Part shown: positions 13,822-26,168 of the stretch, piece by piece
How positions within the stretch are numbered: position 1 is the first letter of the stretch
Layout: each line of letters begins with the position of its first letter
NCBI GenBank assembly: GCA_976226885.1
Contig: OZ320313.1
Span: 156,178,001 to 156,242,000 of the forward strand
From: Iphione sp. A-MEVVRFRX5
Lineage: Eukaryota
Length of the DNA stretch: 64,000 nt
Direction: 5' to 3'
Position numbers and translations under genes: made by a program
The notes under the pieces: model-generated
Databases searched by the model: none
Told to the model about the DNA's origin: nothing
The model's input: only the letters and a program-made list of their open reading frames with translations

Positions 13822-13929
13822 ATTTTTCCCACTGTGGTGACCGAAAGCCGGGACGATTCTCCAAACTTCGCCATCTTCAACGTTCGCAGGATCGGCGGTA
13901 TCTTCGGAGAAGTCAATATAACTTTCCAA
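13822..13929 (+). CDS. ADGRV1: ADGRV1 coding exon 3 (IFPTVVTESRDD...RRIGGIFGEVNITFQ)
   Basis: cgcag| acceptor, CAA|GTACGT donor, 108 nt, phase 0/0. Confidence 0.88.
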
Positions 13930-14353
13930 GTACGTTTATACTCACGTCTATACCTGTTGTCCCATGAACGTCAATGTACAGTGGGCCCAAGCTTCCCGAT
14001 TACTCGCTATACGATTTCACCTTATATCCGTCCGCATTATGAGAGAACCATTCAACGGACAATCATTAATTGCTCTTCCCGTCTCCTTACAAAGGTCATC
14101 ACCGAACAATTTGGCAGGAAAGGCACCTGCAACAATTCCCCCCCTTCCAGCCATTTACCATGTCACCCCCCCCCCCCGCCATTTACCATGTGTCATAGGG
14201 AAACAATACTAATCGTAGGTTTTAGAAGAAAGACTTCAGCTCATCCATCCTTTGTCTTAATGCAAAATATATGAGGTCCCCAGCTGATCCGATCTTCTAA
14301 TTTTTATTCAGCTGTGTGGAATGTGAATGAATGTCGTTATTTCTGCTCGTCAG

Positions 14354-14473
14354 GTGCTCGGGGCAGGCTCAGAGGCGCTGGCAGGAGTAGATGTGTTGCC
14401 GGCGAGTGGTGTTCTGAAGTTCATCAGCGAGCAGACGTCTGCACAACTTCGACTTGAGATCGTCAGCGATGAC
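14354..14473 (+). CDS. ADGRV1: ADGRV1 coding exon 4 (VLGAGSEALAGVDVLPASGVLKF...IVSDD)
   Basis: gtcag| acceptor, GAC|GTAGGA donor, 120 nt. Confidence 0.88.
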
Positions 14474-14873
14474 GTAGGACTTCTATTAGCTAAGCATGCC
14501 AAATTGTATTCAATTCAAACTAAAATATAGGAATATTCCCATTTTTTAAATTTGTTTGTATCGTAGATAACGGCGGGCATAGTTGTAGCATAATTACGTT
14601 GGCATCATTTTGTCAACGGGAAACAATTATTATTGTTTTACATGTGCATGTTCCACCATTACTATGCAAAATTTATTCCCTTGATCTCGGGGTCTGTCAT
14701 TGCCTTTCTTTGGATTTCAGCACATCACTTAGTCCATTACTACTGTAGGAGCACTCATTCGCTTCAGTTCAGTTAGGTCTCTATACGTATCTTGCACTTT
14801 TTTCTGCGACCACAAAGAAAGGCTAAAAACTTGTCGAGTCGAAATAAAAAAGAATGACTTTTTTACTCGATAG

Positions 14874-15023
14874 GTTCCGGAGAACGACGAATCCTTCCGA
14901 ATTCTGCTATTGAATGCGGTGGGTGGACAGAGCATTGATCCAACAGCCGGCGGCCCCCGCGTACAGGGACCGGATGCTACCCTCATGATAGGCAGAAATG
15001 ATGCTCCTCTCCGCTTCTCCCAA
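14874..15023 (+). CDS. ADGRV1: ADGRV1 coding exon 5 (VPENDESFRILL...RNDAPLRFSQ)
   Basis: gatag| acceptor, CAA|GTACTT donor, 150 nt; continues the DD|VPENDE Calx-beta motif. Confidence 0.9.
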
Positions 15024-15214
15024 GTACTTCATTTTATTTTCCTTTTCGCGATTTTTTTCTCTCAATAGTATACATAAACCGCATAAAATGTTTCTGTACA
15101 CTTGAAGTAGATATCCAGACACGTAGTGCTTTAGCACCTTCCAGGATTTCTTTCTTCTCATTCTTCAATTATTTATTTTACTGAGTATTTCAATGCGTCA
15201 TTTCCTTTTTATAG

Positions 15215-15988
15215 GCAGAATACCGTACGGACGAGCGCGACGCCATCTATTCCTTCACCCTGACCATCTATCGTGGCCTAGACGCCGCCGCCACCTCTAT
15301 CGTCGGCCCTATTGCCGACCCAGCCACGGTCAACTATCGCTTCATCTCGCTATCGGCTACGCTAGGGGATGATTTTCTTGGCACCAATGGCAGCATCGGC
15401 TTCAGCCAGGGCATCACCGAGGCGACCATCCTGGTCCAGATCCTTCCGGACGACCTACCGGAAGTGGCCGAGCGCTTCGAGGTCCGTTTGGAGGAGCCTA
15501 GCGGAGACGCCGTCATCGTCGATCCCGGGCGCGCCATTGTCGTCATTGAGGCGAACGACCAACCGAACGGCATCCTTCGCATCGTCACCGACGATGTCCA
15601 TCCCGTCATCGGTCCGGTCGTCTACATCGACGAGGACGAGCCCAACGCCCCCACCGACATCGTCGTCACGCGGGGCCTCGGTCGCTTCGGGGTCGTCACT
15701 GTGGGATGGATTCTGACCAGCGAAAACTCGGACGGAGACGTTGCCACTGACCTGACGCCCACTTCCGGTACGCTGACCTTCCTCGACGGTCAGCAGGACG
15801 CGACGATCCGCCTGAACGTCGTACGCGACCGGGAGGTAGAACCGGCCGAGCACTTCCGGCTTGAGTTAGTTCCTGGTAGCGTCACGGGTGGCGCTCGCCT
15901 GGAGGAAACGGTTGGAGTTGACGTCATTCTGGAGGATAGTGACGACATCTATGGCGTTGTGGACGTGGCCAGCGAGATGTTTGAGTCG
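15215..15988 (+). CDS. ADGRV1: ADGRV1 coding exon 6 (AEYRTDERD...PDDLPEVAERFEVRL...EDSDDIYGVVDVASEMFES), two Calx-beta repeats
   Basis: tttttatag| acceptor, TCG|GTGAGT donor, 774 nt open frame with strong C-ending codon bias. Confidence 0.95.
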
Positions 15989-16568
15989 GTGAGTGATCCA
16001 GTGCATTGAGACACGGCCATCAAATTGACCACAAATTATTGTTCTTTAATAGAAGGCTGGTTGCCTACCATTGAGTGTTAATTTTCTGATGACTCCTGTA
16101 TAACTGGACCAAAGAAATCCACCCTCTCCATGGCCTTGTTGTCTTTGTTCAGTTGTTTTAGTGTTGGGAGTCTATTGTCGTTTATTGAAAAAACATTGTT
16201 TGAAGGTTTAGATAGGAAAATGGCTTGGTCAAAAGTGGAAAGCCGGGCTCAATATAAAGAAAGATGGTTTTCTGAGTCGTTAGAAATGGTATGGAAAAGT
16301 GGATAGAGTAAATGGTACACGCAGAACTAAAAACAACAGGCAGCAATGCAATATGACCTTTTAATATTTCACAGCAGGATTTGAATTGTACATTCAACAG
16401 ACAACCATTTGTAAACTGTTTTGTGTGGGTGAATATTTTTGGCCTCTAACACAACAGCTTCAGTCCGTTAAATATAATTATGTTACTGTCGAAATAGATT
16501 TTTCCCTGTAACAATGACTTTTCATCTCGATGAATTCCCCATCGCCGTATATTGTTCTTATCTATCAG

Positions 16569-16680
16569 ATGGCATTTCCTCGTGCCCTTGAGATTGGCCT
16601 AGTTCGTACCGGTGGAGGGGTTGGAGCGATCCGAGTCAACTACACAGCAGAATATGTGGTCGATAATGTTTCTACCACAG
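16569..16680 (+). CDS. ADGRV1: ADGRV1 coding exon 7 (MAFPRALEIGLVRTGGGVGAIRVNYTAEY...STT)
   Basis: tatcag| acceptor, CAG|GTAATG donor, 112 nt, phase 0/1. Confidence 0.82.
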
Positions 16681-17117
16681 GTAATGTAAATATGGAGAAA
16701 CTGAGGATCTGTGTCTATAAGAATACTCTTTATGAAAAATGATATGAGTATTGCGACGTGAATGTGTTGAGACTGAATGGAAAAGTTCAATTATTAACAC
16801 TTTCAAAAAGCTGGTGTTATTTATTTATAGTACCTGCATAAAATGTACTATTAAACATGATAGCCAGTTATCGAGCCTATGAAGAATTCATTCATTTATT
16901 TCTATCAACACAGATTGGTATTAACTTTGATTAACACAAATTATATAAAAAGGATTAGTCAAAAGCGTGTAGGACTAAACACTTGTTTTAGAATTGCTAC
17001 CTTCTTTTCATCAAGTAGTTTTTTATTCTCATGCGGCTTATTTTTGTTAATTTTACATATATGATGCACAGGATTCCTTAAAATAACAATTTAGTATTTT
17101 CTTTCCTCTACGCGAAG

Positions 17118-17264
17118 ACCCGTTCGAAAGACCCATGCCCTCCTCTGTGACATTGCGGTCTGGTGAGCTCGCACGCTCTTTCCGTCTGAATGTCAGGGAC
17201 GATGCCTTCCTTCAGTATGAATCCAACTTCAGAGTCACTCTCATGGGCGTCGAGCTGCTCAATG
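17118..17264 (+). CDS. ADGRV1: ADGRV1 coding exon 8 (DPFERPMPSSVTL...VRDDAFLQYESNFRVTLMGVELLN)
   Basis: Weak AAG acceptor after a pyrimidine tract, ATG|GTCAGT donor, 147 nt, phase 1/1; matches recalled human IRNDAFLQ...FLVQLETVELLN. Confidence 0.82.
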
Positions 17265-17568
17265 GTCAGTCTTACTGAAACAAGCGCTGTGCAGGTCATT
17301 GCCTGTCCATGCTCACCACCATCTTACAAAAAGAGACATCATAGGGTCCATAGGCCAAGTACCATATGCTTTTTAACTCCGAAGGTGTATAATACACACA
17401 TTGTATCAATGGTTGTTTTTAAACAACGTCAAAATAACCTGTGAAAATTAACTTAATAAGGGTAAATTCATTAGGGGGTATATTTTGAGTATAAATAGTA
17501 TTTCTTAAAATACTACCTTTGGTCGTGCTGCATTGCTATAATAGCAGCGAATGTCGTTCTGTATGCAG

Positions 17569-17726
17569 AGCCGGACCTTGGAGCCTATAACAGCCCTAGA
17601 TTGGGTCGGACAAAGACCTTACGCATACCTATAACTGAGGAGGCAGCCAATAGTATGGTTGGGTTTGCTAACACCACTGACCGAGAAGTGATGGAACCAG
17701 ATGGCCAGATCATTCCAGTTCTGCAG
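17569..17726 (+). CDS. ADGRV1: ADGRV1 coding exon 9 (EPDLGAYNSPRLG...ANSMVGF...EPDGQIIPVLQ)
   Basis: tgcag| acceptor, CAG|GTAACG donor, 158 nt, phase 1/0. Confidence 0.87.
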
Positions 17727-18038
17727 GTAACGCATTATCCACTTTCAGTTCTTTAACTTTGTGCCGTTCCCAGCTATTTTCTTTCGCTGGCAGTACTTCA
17801 GGACAATGTATTCCCTGTTATTCACTAAAATTCTCACGTTTTACTTGCGTAAATATGTTTTTCTAGAGTGCCAATAATGGTAAGACTATCTTGAGCGGTT
17901 ATAATGTCATGGCGCTACTGTCATGCTACAATCTACAACGATTGTACTGCTTGAAGAAGCTCTCGAAATATAACACCCCCTCGCCCGCGAAGGGATCTCC
18001 ACGGATTATCCTCCGAGGTGTATTTGCATTGATTGCAG

Positions 18039-18177
18039 GTATTCCTGCAGTTGAAGCGGGAGGGTACCAACGGGTTGGTGGAGGTGCAGTGGATCCTTGA
18101 GGGATCGGGAGAGAATGCTGATCGGGTCACACCCGAAGATACTGGAGCTACCTTCGGCAGTGTCACCATGGCATCAG
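18039..18177 (+). CDS. ADGRV1: ADGRV1 coding exon 10 (VFLQLKREGTNGLVEVQWIL...VTPEDTGATFGSVTMAS)
   Basis: ttgcag| acceptor, CAG|GTTAGG donor, 139 nt, phase 0/1. Confidence 0.87.
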
Positions 18178-18452
18178 GTTAGGTTCCGTTCTTTCCTGTA
18201 CCAACTGCTATTGGAGCATATAACGCTTATTTCTTCCAGTATATTATTCGTGGCGAAAACTGGCCTGATCAAAATGTTGTATGAAAGCTTGCATGAGATG
18301 ACACAAACAAAAAATGCTGCGAAAATAACTTTATTTAGGTGCGTAGTACTTTCTGATCAAAAATTCGTTTCGTTACAAGGCTTAAAACTTAATGTCAAAT
18401 GGCCTCATCATCTAGCCGATTTCAATTGAACATTTTCCCTCTTGGTGGCTAG

Positions 18453-18667
18453 GCCAGTCCGAGGCGAACATAATCATCGAAATCATGCCCGACGACCTTC
18501 CGGAGACTGATGAGCAAATTACAGTAAGACTGACACAGGTGAGCCCAGCTGGCATTCAACGAATCAAATCCGGGGCCGACTCCGTCAACGTGATCATCGA
18601 AAAGAACGACATGCCAGGAGGAACATTCGAATTTGCTCCAGAAATGGCCTCAACCTACACAGTGCAG
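18453..18667 (+). CDS. ADGRV1: ADGRV1 coding exon 11 (GQSEANIIIEIMPDDLPETDE...KNDMPGGTFEF...YTVQ)
   Basis: gctag| acceptor, CAG|GTACTC donor, 215 nt, phase 1/0. Confidence 0.92.
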
Positions 18668-18890
18668 GTACTCAGACATTGTTCAAGCGCATTGATATTC
18701 TGAGGGCGGCTTTTATGGTTAGGTGTCTGTAAATCATCGACCCTATTCCGTAGAAGATATAAGAGATCAGATTCCAAGGGTCGAAGTGAATGTCTATCTG
18801 TCCTGTCTCTGGGTCCGTGCAAGCATGTGTATTGAAATCAGATATTCAGAAAGGCAGTTGTCTTAACGTATGTTGATCTCTCACGTTCAG

Positions 18891-19079
18891 GAAGACGGTA
18901 TTGCCGTGGACGTGACGGTGGTGCGGTACGGCGGCTCGCTCATCGCAAGTCAGATTCAACACATCATAGAACCCAACGGTGACGAGGAGTTTTATGGCGC
19001 CACCCATGTGATGAGTTTTGAACCAGGAGAAACAATCAAAACCTCCACGATTATTGCACGCGGTGATGGCATAGCAGAA
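18891..19079 (+). CDS. ADGRV1: ADGRV1 coding exon 12 (EDGIAVDVTVVRYGGSL...EFYGATHVMSFEPGE...ARGDGIAE)
   Basis: ttcag| acceptor, GAA|GTATGT donor, 189 nt. Confidence 0.92.
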
Positions 19080-19377
19080 GTATGTATACAAGTGTACAGT
19101 CCTAGTTCAAACAAGTTCAGCGGTAATCTGTTCGTATTGTATTTATAATGGCAATCGATTATATACTAGTATTCAATTATATCCAACAATATAGTTCTGA
19201 TAGAATAATAACCTCAACTTTAAAACTTCACTACTAGGTTGATAATTCAGCATATCATACATAAGGAAGCAAGTGGGTAAAATGAAAGTCAGATACCTTT
19301 TAAAATGTTGAATGTTGAATTCTCTGACGTCTTTATCAGGATTGATATGTAATTTTATGCCCTATTCATCCCTCAAG

Positions 19378-19528
19378 CTGATCGAGCACTTCCAGCTAAG
19401 GCTGGCTCCTTACCGCGATTACGAGGTGTCGATTGGTCAGAAGAGCTCGATCAACATTACTGTGCTTGAGAACGACGATCCATACGGCGTCTTTCACTTC
19501 ATGGCTTCCAGCCTTGATGTCCACATAG
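19378..19528 (+). CDS. ADGRV1: ADGRV1 coding exon 13 (LIEHFQLRL...NITVLENDDPYGVFHFMASSLDVHI)
   Basis: ctcaag| acceptor, TAG|GTAAAG donor, 151 nt, phase 0/1. Confidence 0.88.
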
Positions 19529-20083
19529 GTAAAGTCAGCAAGGCACAGGACTGCCTCTCACCGTAAAGTGTTACAAATTACACAAAGTACTTATAATCAT
19601 GACATCGCTGGAACTTTTTTCTCTCTCACCAAAAACATGTTAATATATTACATAGAATACGGTATACCTATCTCTAAACCTTGCCATTTTTCACTCACTG
19701 TAAGATGTTAAAAATAACATATACTCATGAAAATGCTATTGTTAATTCTTACCGTGTCCCTCTCACTGTATTATAAACTGTACAGATTACGTAGAATGCT
19801 CATCCCTAAGCCTCACCAATTTCCTTTCACCATATGTTAAAGATAAAACTAAATACTCAAAAAACCACTATGCCTGGCGCAATCATTTTCTCTTTTACCA
19901 TAAGCTGTTACAGATTACATGATATACATTAAATAGTACTATCCCGAACCGCATACTGACACATTTAATGGAACACTACCGAGGCTGAAAAGTTGTCGAG
20001 AGGTACATTTAAAAGCGGATTTAGTCTTGTCCATCTTTTAGGTTTTTCGTTCCATCACCAGTGCTCTATCGATGGCTTTTCAG

Positions 20084-20280
20084 ATGAGAGTAAAGGCCCC
20101 ATGAACAGGAGTGCGTTCATCTCGGTGGAGAGGAGCAGCGGGCTGTTTAACACGGTATCCGTCAGGTGGCAGGTCGTCGAGCCCGAGGCGGCCGCCGACT
20201 TGGGGCCCCTGTCTGGCACGTTGGTCTTCCTGCCCGGCCAGAGGACGGCGGTCTTCAGGGTGCAGTCCATCGCTGATGAG
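20084..20280 (+). CDS. ADGRV1: ADGRV1 coding exon 14 (DESKGPMNRSAF...SGTLVFLPGQ...SIADE)
   Basis: ttttcag| acceptor, GAG|GTAAGG donor, 197 nt, phase 1/0. Confidence 0.92.
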
Positions 20281-20767
20281 GTAAGGTTTGAACCTGTGCA
20301 TCAATGGTTTTGATGCGATGTAAACTATTAGGCTGTGGAGGGTGGGGCAATTAATGGCTTCCGGGAGGTAGTATTAGGGATGAAAACAGAACAGGGAAAT
20401 AGAAGCCCTACTTTATATACTGTGTTTGGGTAAAATAAAGATCTTCGGTTTAATTCTCTCGCAAAAAAAGTAACTGATTTTTTCTGTAAATTTTCTTTTT
20501 AGGAGAACAATTCACTGATGTAAACTTGAAAGGAGGAGTAAGAATAGTTAAAGGGAAATATTTGTATGTGTCTTTTCTGCCGTGTATTTTGGCAGTCGTG
20601 TCTATAGTGAGTAAAACAAGAATAAGAACGCTTTGCTTAAATACATGAAGATGCCTTACTTATTTGGGCATCAGACAAATAACATACAATAATATCAGTC
20701 AGTCATTCTTTATAAATGAATATAATTATTAACGTTTTATTATTAGCTTTAATCATTATGTACGTAG

Positions 20768-20891
20768 ATTCCGGAGGATGCGGAAACGTTCACGGTTAAC
20801 TTGACAGATCCAACGAATGGGGCTCAGATAGGGCTACCACAATACGCCCAGGTCACCATTGATGAGAACGACCATCCAATCTTCTTCAAAG
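20768..20891 (+). CDS. ADGRV1: ADGRV1 coding exon 15 (IPEDAETFTVNLTDPTNGAQIG...ENDHPIFFK)
   Basis: cgtag| acceptor, AAG|GTGAGC donor, 124 nt, phase 0/1. Confidence 0.92.
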
Positions 20892-21280
20892 GTGAGCAAT
20901 TATAGCCGTCAAATTACACTAATAACCACTGTTGAAATAATACTTTTGGCGCCTCTCACTGTTAAGATATTGTTCGACGCAAGAAGGGAAAAGTCGTAAA
21001 AGCAAAAGTAGAACTGATTAACACAGAAAATACACAGGATCTTAATATAGACCATACTTTTTGTCGTTCAGGAAATAAATCCCATCCACTTATAACTTGG
21101 TTTCTCTTCTTTTCTCCAAGAGTCGAATAAGGAGTTCCAGAGCTTCGATACTTTTGTTTGCCCACATACCTATAGTTCCCATATCTTCTATGACTATATT
21201 CTACATATCGTGCACACGCTCCCTGTAATTTCCGTCAGCAATACAGTTTTTTTTATATCACGTGCTCCTCCCTTCACTAG

Positions 21281-21544
21281 AACCCTCCACTGTGAAAGTT
21301 AGCGAACCTGGCCAGGTGACCTTGACCGTAGCCCGACGAGGCAGCCTGGAGGTTGAGGTCAGGGTTAAAATACGCACCATCGACGGGACGGCGTCGGAGG
21401 GCGACCATGACTACATTCCCCTGGAGGAGACGATCGTCACCTTCGGCATCGGCCAGGCCGAGTACCAGTTAATAGTGCGGTCACGTGACGATAGCCTCCC
21501 CGAGACGGACGAGACCTTCTTCGTCGTCCTCTACGACCCTGAAG
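21281..21544 (+). CDS. ADGRV1: ADGRV1 coding exon 16 (EPSTVKVSEPG...TIDGTASEGDHDYIP...DDSLPETDETFFVVLYDPE)
   Basis: cactag| acceptor, AAG|GTCAGT donor, 264 nt, phase 1/1. Confidence 0.93.
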
Positions 21545-23185
21545 GTCAGTTTGTTTTTTCATATGAATCTCGGACCTACCGCGATGAAGGGGGCAGTCGC
21601 GAAAATTCGAGCGCAATGGAGGATACGTATGGTATTCCTGAACCTACATGATGTGCGCTAACAAAATGCTCGCACAAAAAGCTCAACCAGCAAAGCTTAA
21701 GAGGTCTATAATGAAGCTGCCGATTTATACATTTTTGCATTCAATTTCTGCAAAAAGTACATGATTTTTTTTTACCTTGCGCAGCTTGTTATTCAAGTTC
21801 AATATACCAGATAGTGTAAGGACACGTTGCACTATGACCAGTTATGTATTGGTCAAATTTCCTTATATATACAATTATCATTATTTTGAAACATTTTGCA
21901 TGAATAATTATGTTATAACGATGTACTTTTTTGTCATTATATCATTTGTTGTACATGAAGCCCTAAAATATAATTTTAATAATTAGGGTGATTTTTATTT
22001 CATTCAGCTCCAGACATCGATGGTAAATTTCAAAGTTATTTCCTTATTATTTGTTGTCTTGTGTCAGTGTACGTCAATGAAGAACAAACACTCATTAAGC
22101 ACATGTACAACACTTTTAGAATCGCATGCCTAACGTGTAGTATTAACCATTTGATTACTACTATACGTCACATCATCGCAAATATAACTCACTCCACAGA
22201 GTTGCAAAGCCAAACCATAAATCGTCACAAGAACAAAACACATCTGTACAGACATAAAGTTAATTATACATATTTGTGTGTGTAAGTGCTAAGGCAGTTA
22301 GAGGGATATAATTCTCATACGCCATGTTATGTGATCATGTCAGGCTCTACAAGAGAAGCAAGATATTAGTTAAGGCCCACATAGGAGACCAATCTTGGGA
22401 CTGTCAAATTTTGGTCTCTCCCATGCTTTGGCCTCCTTAACATACTCCCCATAGATGGAAATGAATGATTTGGGCCTAGGAATTTTGGTCTTCCGTTGGT
22501 TTGGTCTTACATTTTGCTTCAGGATATAGGGTTTGGAAAAAGGAAAGGAACTTTTAATATTAACAGGTTTTCCGTTGACACAGCATATATGGTTGCATGC
22601 ATGAAGAACAATGTATTTCAACAACGCAGTGAGCCCTGATTATTTTGATATTAAGAGGATGCATGGAGCAGCTTTTGTTCCATTATATGTACCATATGAT
22701 CCATACGACCATCTTGTCCTAGTATCCTCTTAAATCAAAATAAAGGTTCCTCAACATTTTATTTATTGGGTTTGTCACTGTGATTGTTAGATGCAAACAA
22801 GGATGAACGTTTCAAACATCCTTGCGATAGCAAGCCCAAGGGTATTTTTTTTATAAGACATCTCATGGTTATTGTATGTACATGGTAAGTCCCATACCAT
22901 ACGCAAGTGACCACATAAATTTGTCACGGGGTGTTGCCCTGCCCATCAATAAACAAATCATGGTTATTCCTTGGATCAAACTACGTGTGTCTTCATTATA
23001 ATGTTTTATTCAAAACGCCACACTTGTGGGTTATCCAAATATATTTCAAGTGTTATGCAACGATATCTCGGAAGCAGCAGCGCACACAATTCTGGCATTT
23101 ATTTATTTAAAAAAAACCGACAGTGAATCACTTCATGGCATTAAGTTGTGATTGTCAGTGAAGTGGTTTTGCTATCGTCCACCAG

Positions 23186-23315
23186 GAGACGTGTCTGTGT
23201 ACGGCGGGGATCGTGCTACTGTGATCATCATGGCCAACGACAACGCAAACGGCATATTCCGGTTTGTGCCACCATTCTCGTTGGCTACAACTGAAGGGGT
23301 CCCGGTTGAATTCGA
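23186..23315 (+). CDS. ADGRV1: ADGRV1 coding exon 17 (GDVSVYGGDRATVIIMANDNANGIFRF...EGVPVEF)
   Basis: accag| acceptor, CGA|GTGAGT donor, 130 nt, phase 1/2. Confidence 0.9.
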
Positions 23316-23851
23316 GTGAGTTATTCTTCTATTTGAACCTTTGTATGCTCTCGTCACAGTGACCAAATGTGAAATCAAGTATTTTCAGATGTGTCTGTAT
23401 GTATATCCAGGTTCATGTACTTTGTATATAATGTGTGCCTTACTATGTCTGTTGGCTTCTATGAAAATGCACAATAGTTGGGTTTGTGGGTTATTTTGCT
23501 TGTTTTCTATGTACCCAATAATGTTTTGACACTACGTCTATTCATCTGCCTCATAAAGAATAACTTGTACATAAACATAAAATTTACATGTAGATGTATA
23601 CATCTTGGCACCCTTTTCTCGTGGAGAACTTTCACAGACACGGACATTAAGTTTGTGTTCTCATTTCATTTTATACCTATACATACTTTGATGAAACTAC
23701 TGGCGATTTGCCTGCTCATTACAATGTCTATATGTGCCTGTCTGACGTATGTCTGCCTTCTGTTTGCATGTTCGCATGTGTGTCTGGATGTCTGCTTTTT
23801 CTTTCCCAAACCACCGTTATTAAGGTAATGCTCATGCTTTGGAATCTCCAG

Positions 23852-24075
23852 CATACGACGGGATGGAGGCATCTTCAGTGAAGTACAGGTTCACTGGCAG
23901 GTGTTCGACCAGCAGACTGGAGCGCCTCTCGATGACGGCGGCGATTTCTATGAAGCCACAGGCAATGTTAGTTTCGCTGACCAGCAGCAGGTGGCACCAC
24001 TGGTGATAGCACCGGCCACGGACCAAATCCCGGAGTATTCAGAATCGTTCACCATAAGACTAACACATGTAACAG
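23852..24075 (+). CDS. ADGRV1: ADGRV1 coding exon 18 (IRRDGGIFSEVQVHWQV...FYEATGNVSF...DQIPEYSESFTIRLTHVT)
   Basis: ctccag| acceptor, CAG|GTCAGT donor, 224 nt, phase 2/1. Confidence 0.93.
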
Positions 24076-24147
24076 GTCAGTATCATCCCAGTCCTACTAT
24101 GTGCATATTGTGCCCCTTCTTTATATTTAGAAAGACATGTACATATA

Positions 24148-24313
24148 CAGTTGAAACCTTATTTGCAACCACCAAGCCCAAATGGTCGGATTGGTGAAAT
24201 TGGTCACAAATAGGGTATCAAATGTATAAAAATCAACATTTTGCTACCCATCTCAGTGGATACAAATAGAGAATGGTCGCAAACCGATGTGGTCACAAAT
24301 AAGGTTTCTGATG
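24148..24313. mobile_element. Tc1/mariner-pogo (Tigger-like) MITE, 166 bp, in ADGRV1 intron 18
   Basis: TA flanks at 24146-47 and 24314-15. TIRs CAGTTGAAACCTTATTTGCAACCAC and (rc) CATCAGAAACCTTATTTGTGACCAC match 20/25. Internal TGGTC repeats. Confidence 0.8.
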
Positions 24314-24564
24314 TATATGATCCAATCCCCTTAACAATATTGCCAATAGTCACAGAGGTTCATAGTCAAATGCTTTGGTGTCACTACAATAGGGTTAACT
24401 GAACTATCTTATTGCAAAGAAACCCAAATAGCTCATAATCTCTTTCTATTTCTCGGCTCAGCTCAGGGTAAACGTTGAATATTTTATTACCATAATTTAG
24501 TATAAGAGCTTGGCCCCCGTTATGACCGTTTACATGTACAATGTACACGCACTGCTATTGTTAG

Positions 24565-24779
24565 GTGGTGGTCCCAGTGGGCAGCAAGGCAGTCTAGCGG
24601 TCTCTGACCTGGAGGTGGTACTTGAGGTGCAACAGAATGACGATCCTTCCGGAGTTTTCACATTTGCCGAGGGCTCCCGGGAGGTGGGCCTACCGGAGGA
24701 TGTCGAGGATGGAGAGGAGGAGAAGACACGTGCCCAGCTTACCGTCCTCCGCCGCCAGGGCTCCGTCGGTGACGTCATG
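24565..24779 (+). CDS. ADGRV1: ADGRV1 coding exon 19 (GGPSGQQGSLA...NDDPSGVFTF...LRRQGSVGDVM)
   Basis: gttag| acceptor, ATG|GTAGGC donor, 215 nt, phase 1/0. Confidence 0.92.
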
Positions 24780-24852
24780 GTAGGCAGTGTCCAGTGATGA
24801 CATAGTAGATAACGTCCTATCCGAGCTCCATGAATTAAGAACAAGTATATAT

Positions 24853-24861
24853 AGAGAGAGA

Positions 24862-24892
<31 letters not shown>
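24853..24892 (+). repeat. (GA)n microsatellite
   Basis: Directly visible. Confidence 0.95.
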
Positions 24893-24899
<7 letters not shown>

Positions 24900-25128
24900 A
24901 TGCTATTGGGACCGATACTTTTGGTTTGGAAAATATAGATAAATTCGTATTGATTAAATCATATTTTTGTCATATTTCAGTACGCTGGGGTTATTGATTT
25001 TTTAACGGACGATATGTTAGAGACAATAGATTTCATATACCCACGATAATTTGCGATGACCTCATATATATGTACAATGGGACATAAAGTACCTTGATTC
25101 TGCCATAGAGTTCCTCCCTTCTGACCAG

Positions 25129-25291
25129 GTGGCGTGGGAGATCTTCTCGTATCAAATCTCGGTAGCTGGAAACTTACCGACTATGCGAGACCTGCTATTC
25201 CTCGGTAACTTTCCGGAAAATGTGACTGAGGTGTTCGAAGAAAGGAGAGACGGAACCGGAAGCTTGGCCCTGGCCTTCACTGGCTGCTCAG
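25129..25291 (+). CDS. ADGRV1: ADGRV1 coding exon 20 (VAWEIFS...LPTMRDLLFLGNFP...GTGSLALAFTGCS)
   Basis: gaccag| acceptor, CAG|GTAATC donor, 163 nt, phase 0/1; matches recalled human GWEILS...LPPMIDFLLVGIFP. Confidence 0.9.
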
Positions 25292-25739
25292 GTAATCGAT
25301 GATTAGCAAATAGGAACTTGGACATGCAGTGCAAGTGCACAGCTGATTAAGTTTGAAAGAATGACTGTTTCCCTCACACCTTAAAAAAGAGGGAGTTTCA
25401 GAATACTCATGTGCATCACCACAATGGACACGAATGCATTAATTGGTTTGGGAAAATGCATTTGATGAGGTCATTAACCAAATACATGTAAACACATAAG
25501 CAGACTAGCTGTAAAACTTCAAATCGATTGAACGTTCTCTGGACGTCATGTTCGTTCAGATTGAATACAATATTATGTTTTTAGACGACACCATCATAAT
25601 TATCATATAACTTCACGCTGAACTAAATGTCACAGTAAGACAGTCTTTTCAGGACTAGTATGGGGATACCAGCGCCTCGTGGCCGCGGTGCTTTCTGTAT
25701 ACAATGTATTCATCTTGTGTTCTATATTCACTTCTGCAG

Positions 25740-25957
25740 TGTGTTATGTCACCGTGCCTCCGGAATCACAAATGCCCGCCGCCACGATTGAGGACGGTTT
25801 CAGCCTCAGTGCCTGGATCCGCCCCCTGCCCTTTACTGACGGCTACATTCTGGCCAAGACGTCCCCTGACGGCACACGGCAGTACTACGCCCTCCGTCTC
25901 TCAACCACAGCTCTAATTACACGACTGGAATTCCGCTACTCAGTTCGATCTAGTCCG
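25740..25957 (+). CDS. ADGRV1: ADGRV1 coding exon 21, LamG/pentraxin domain start (FSLSAWIRP...GYILAK...YYALRL...LEFRYS)
   Basis: ctgcag| acceptor, CCG|GTAAAG donor, 218 nt, phase 1/0; LamG FTxSAWV motif. Confidence 0.92.
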
Positions 25958-26168
25958 GTAAAGTGATGCCTATTGGGGGGTGGGTGGGGGGGGGAGGAAG
26001 GGGTGATTTCTTCTATTCCAAATAAGATTAATATCATATACAAGAAACGTTCGCCCATGTAGGAGAGTGTAAAATGTAGGATATGTTTCTCTCAGCAAGC
26101 CAATTTTAACCTGACTTGTGATCTCTTTTGTCAGATACATTTATCCATATCAAGATAAAATATGTATA

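Noticed and set aside
13371-15853. Antisense and alternative-frame ORFs (13371-13703, 13409-13657, 15334-15609, 15369-15716, 15455-15853)
   Set aside because: They are codon-bias shadows of the GC3-rich ADGRV1 exons.
22368-22474. Possible Harbinger MITE (TAA-GGCCCA...TGGGCC-TAG)
   Set aside because: The TIR is only 6 bp and the flanking triplets do not match.
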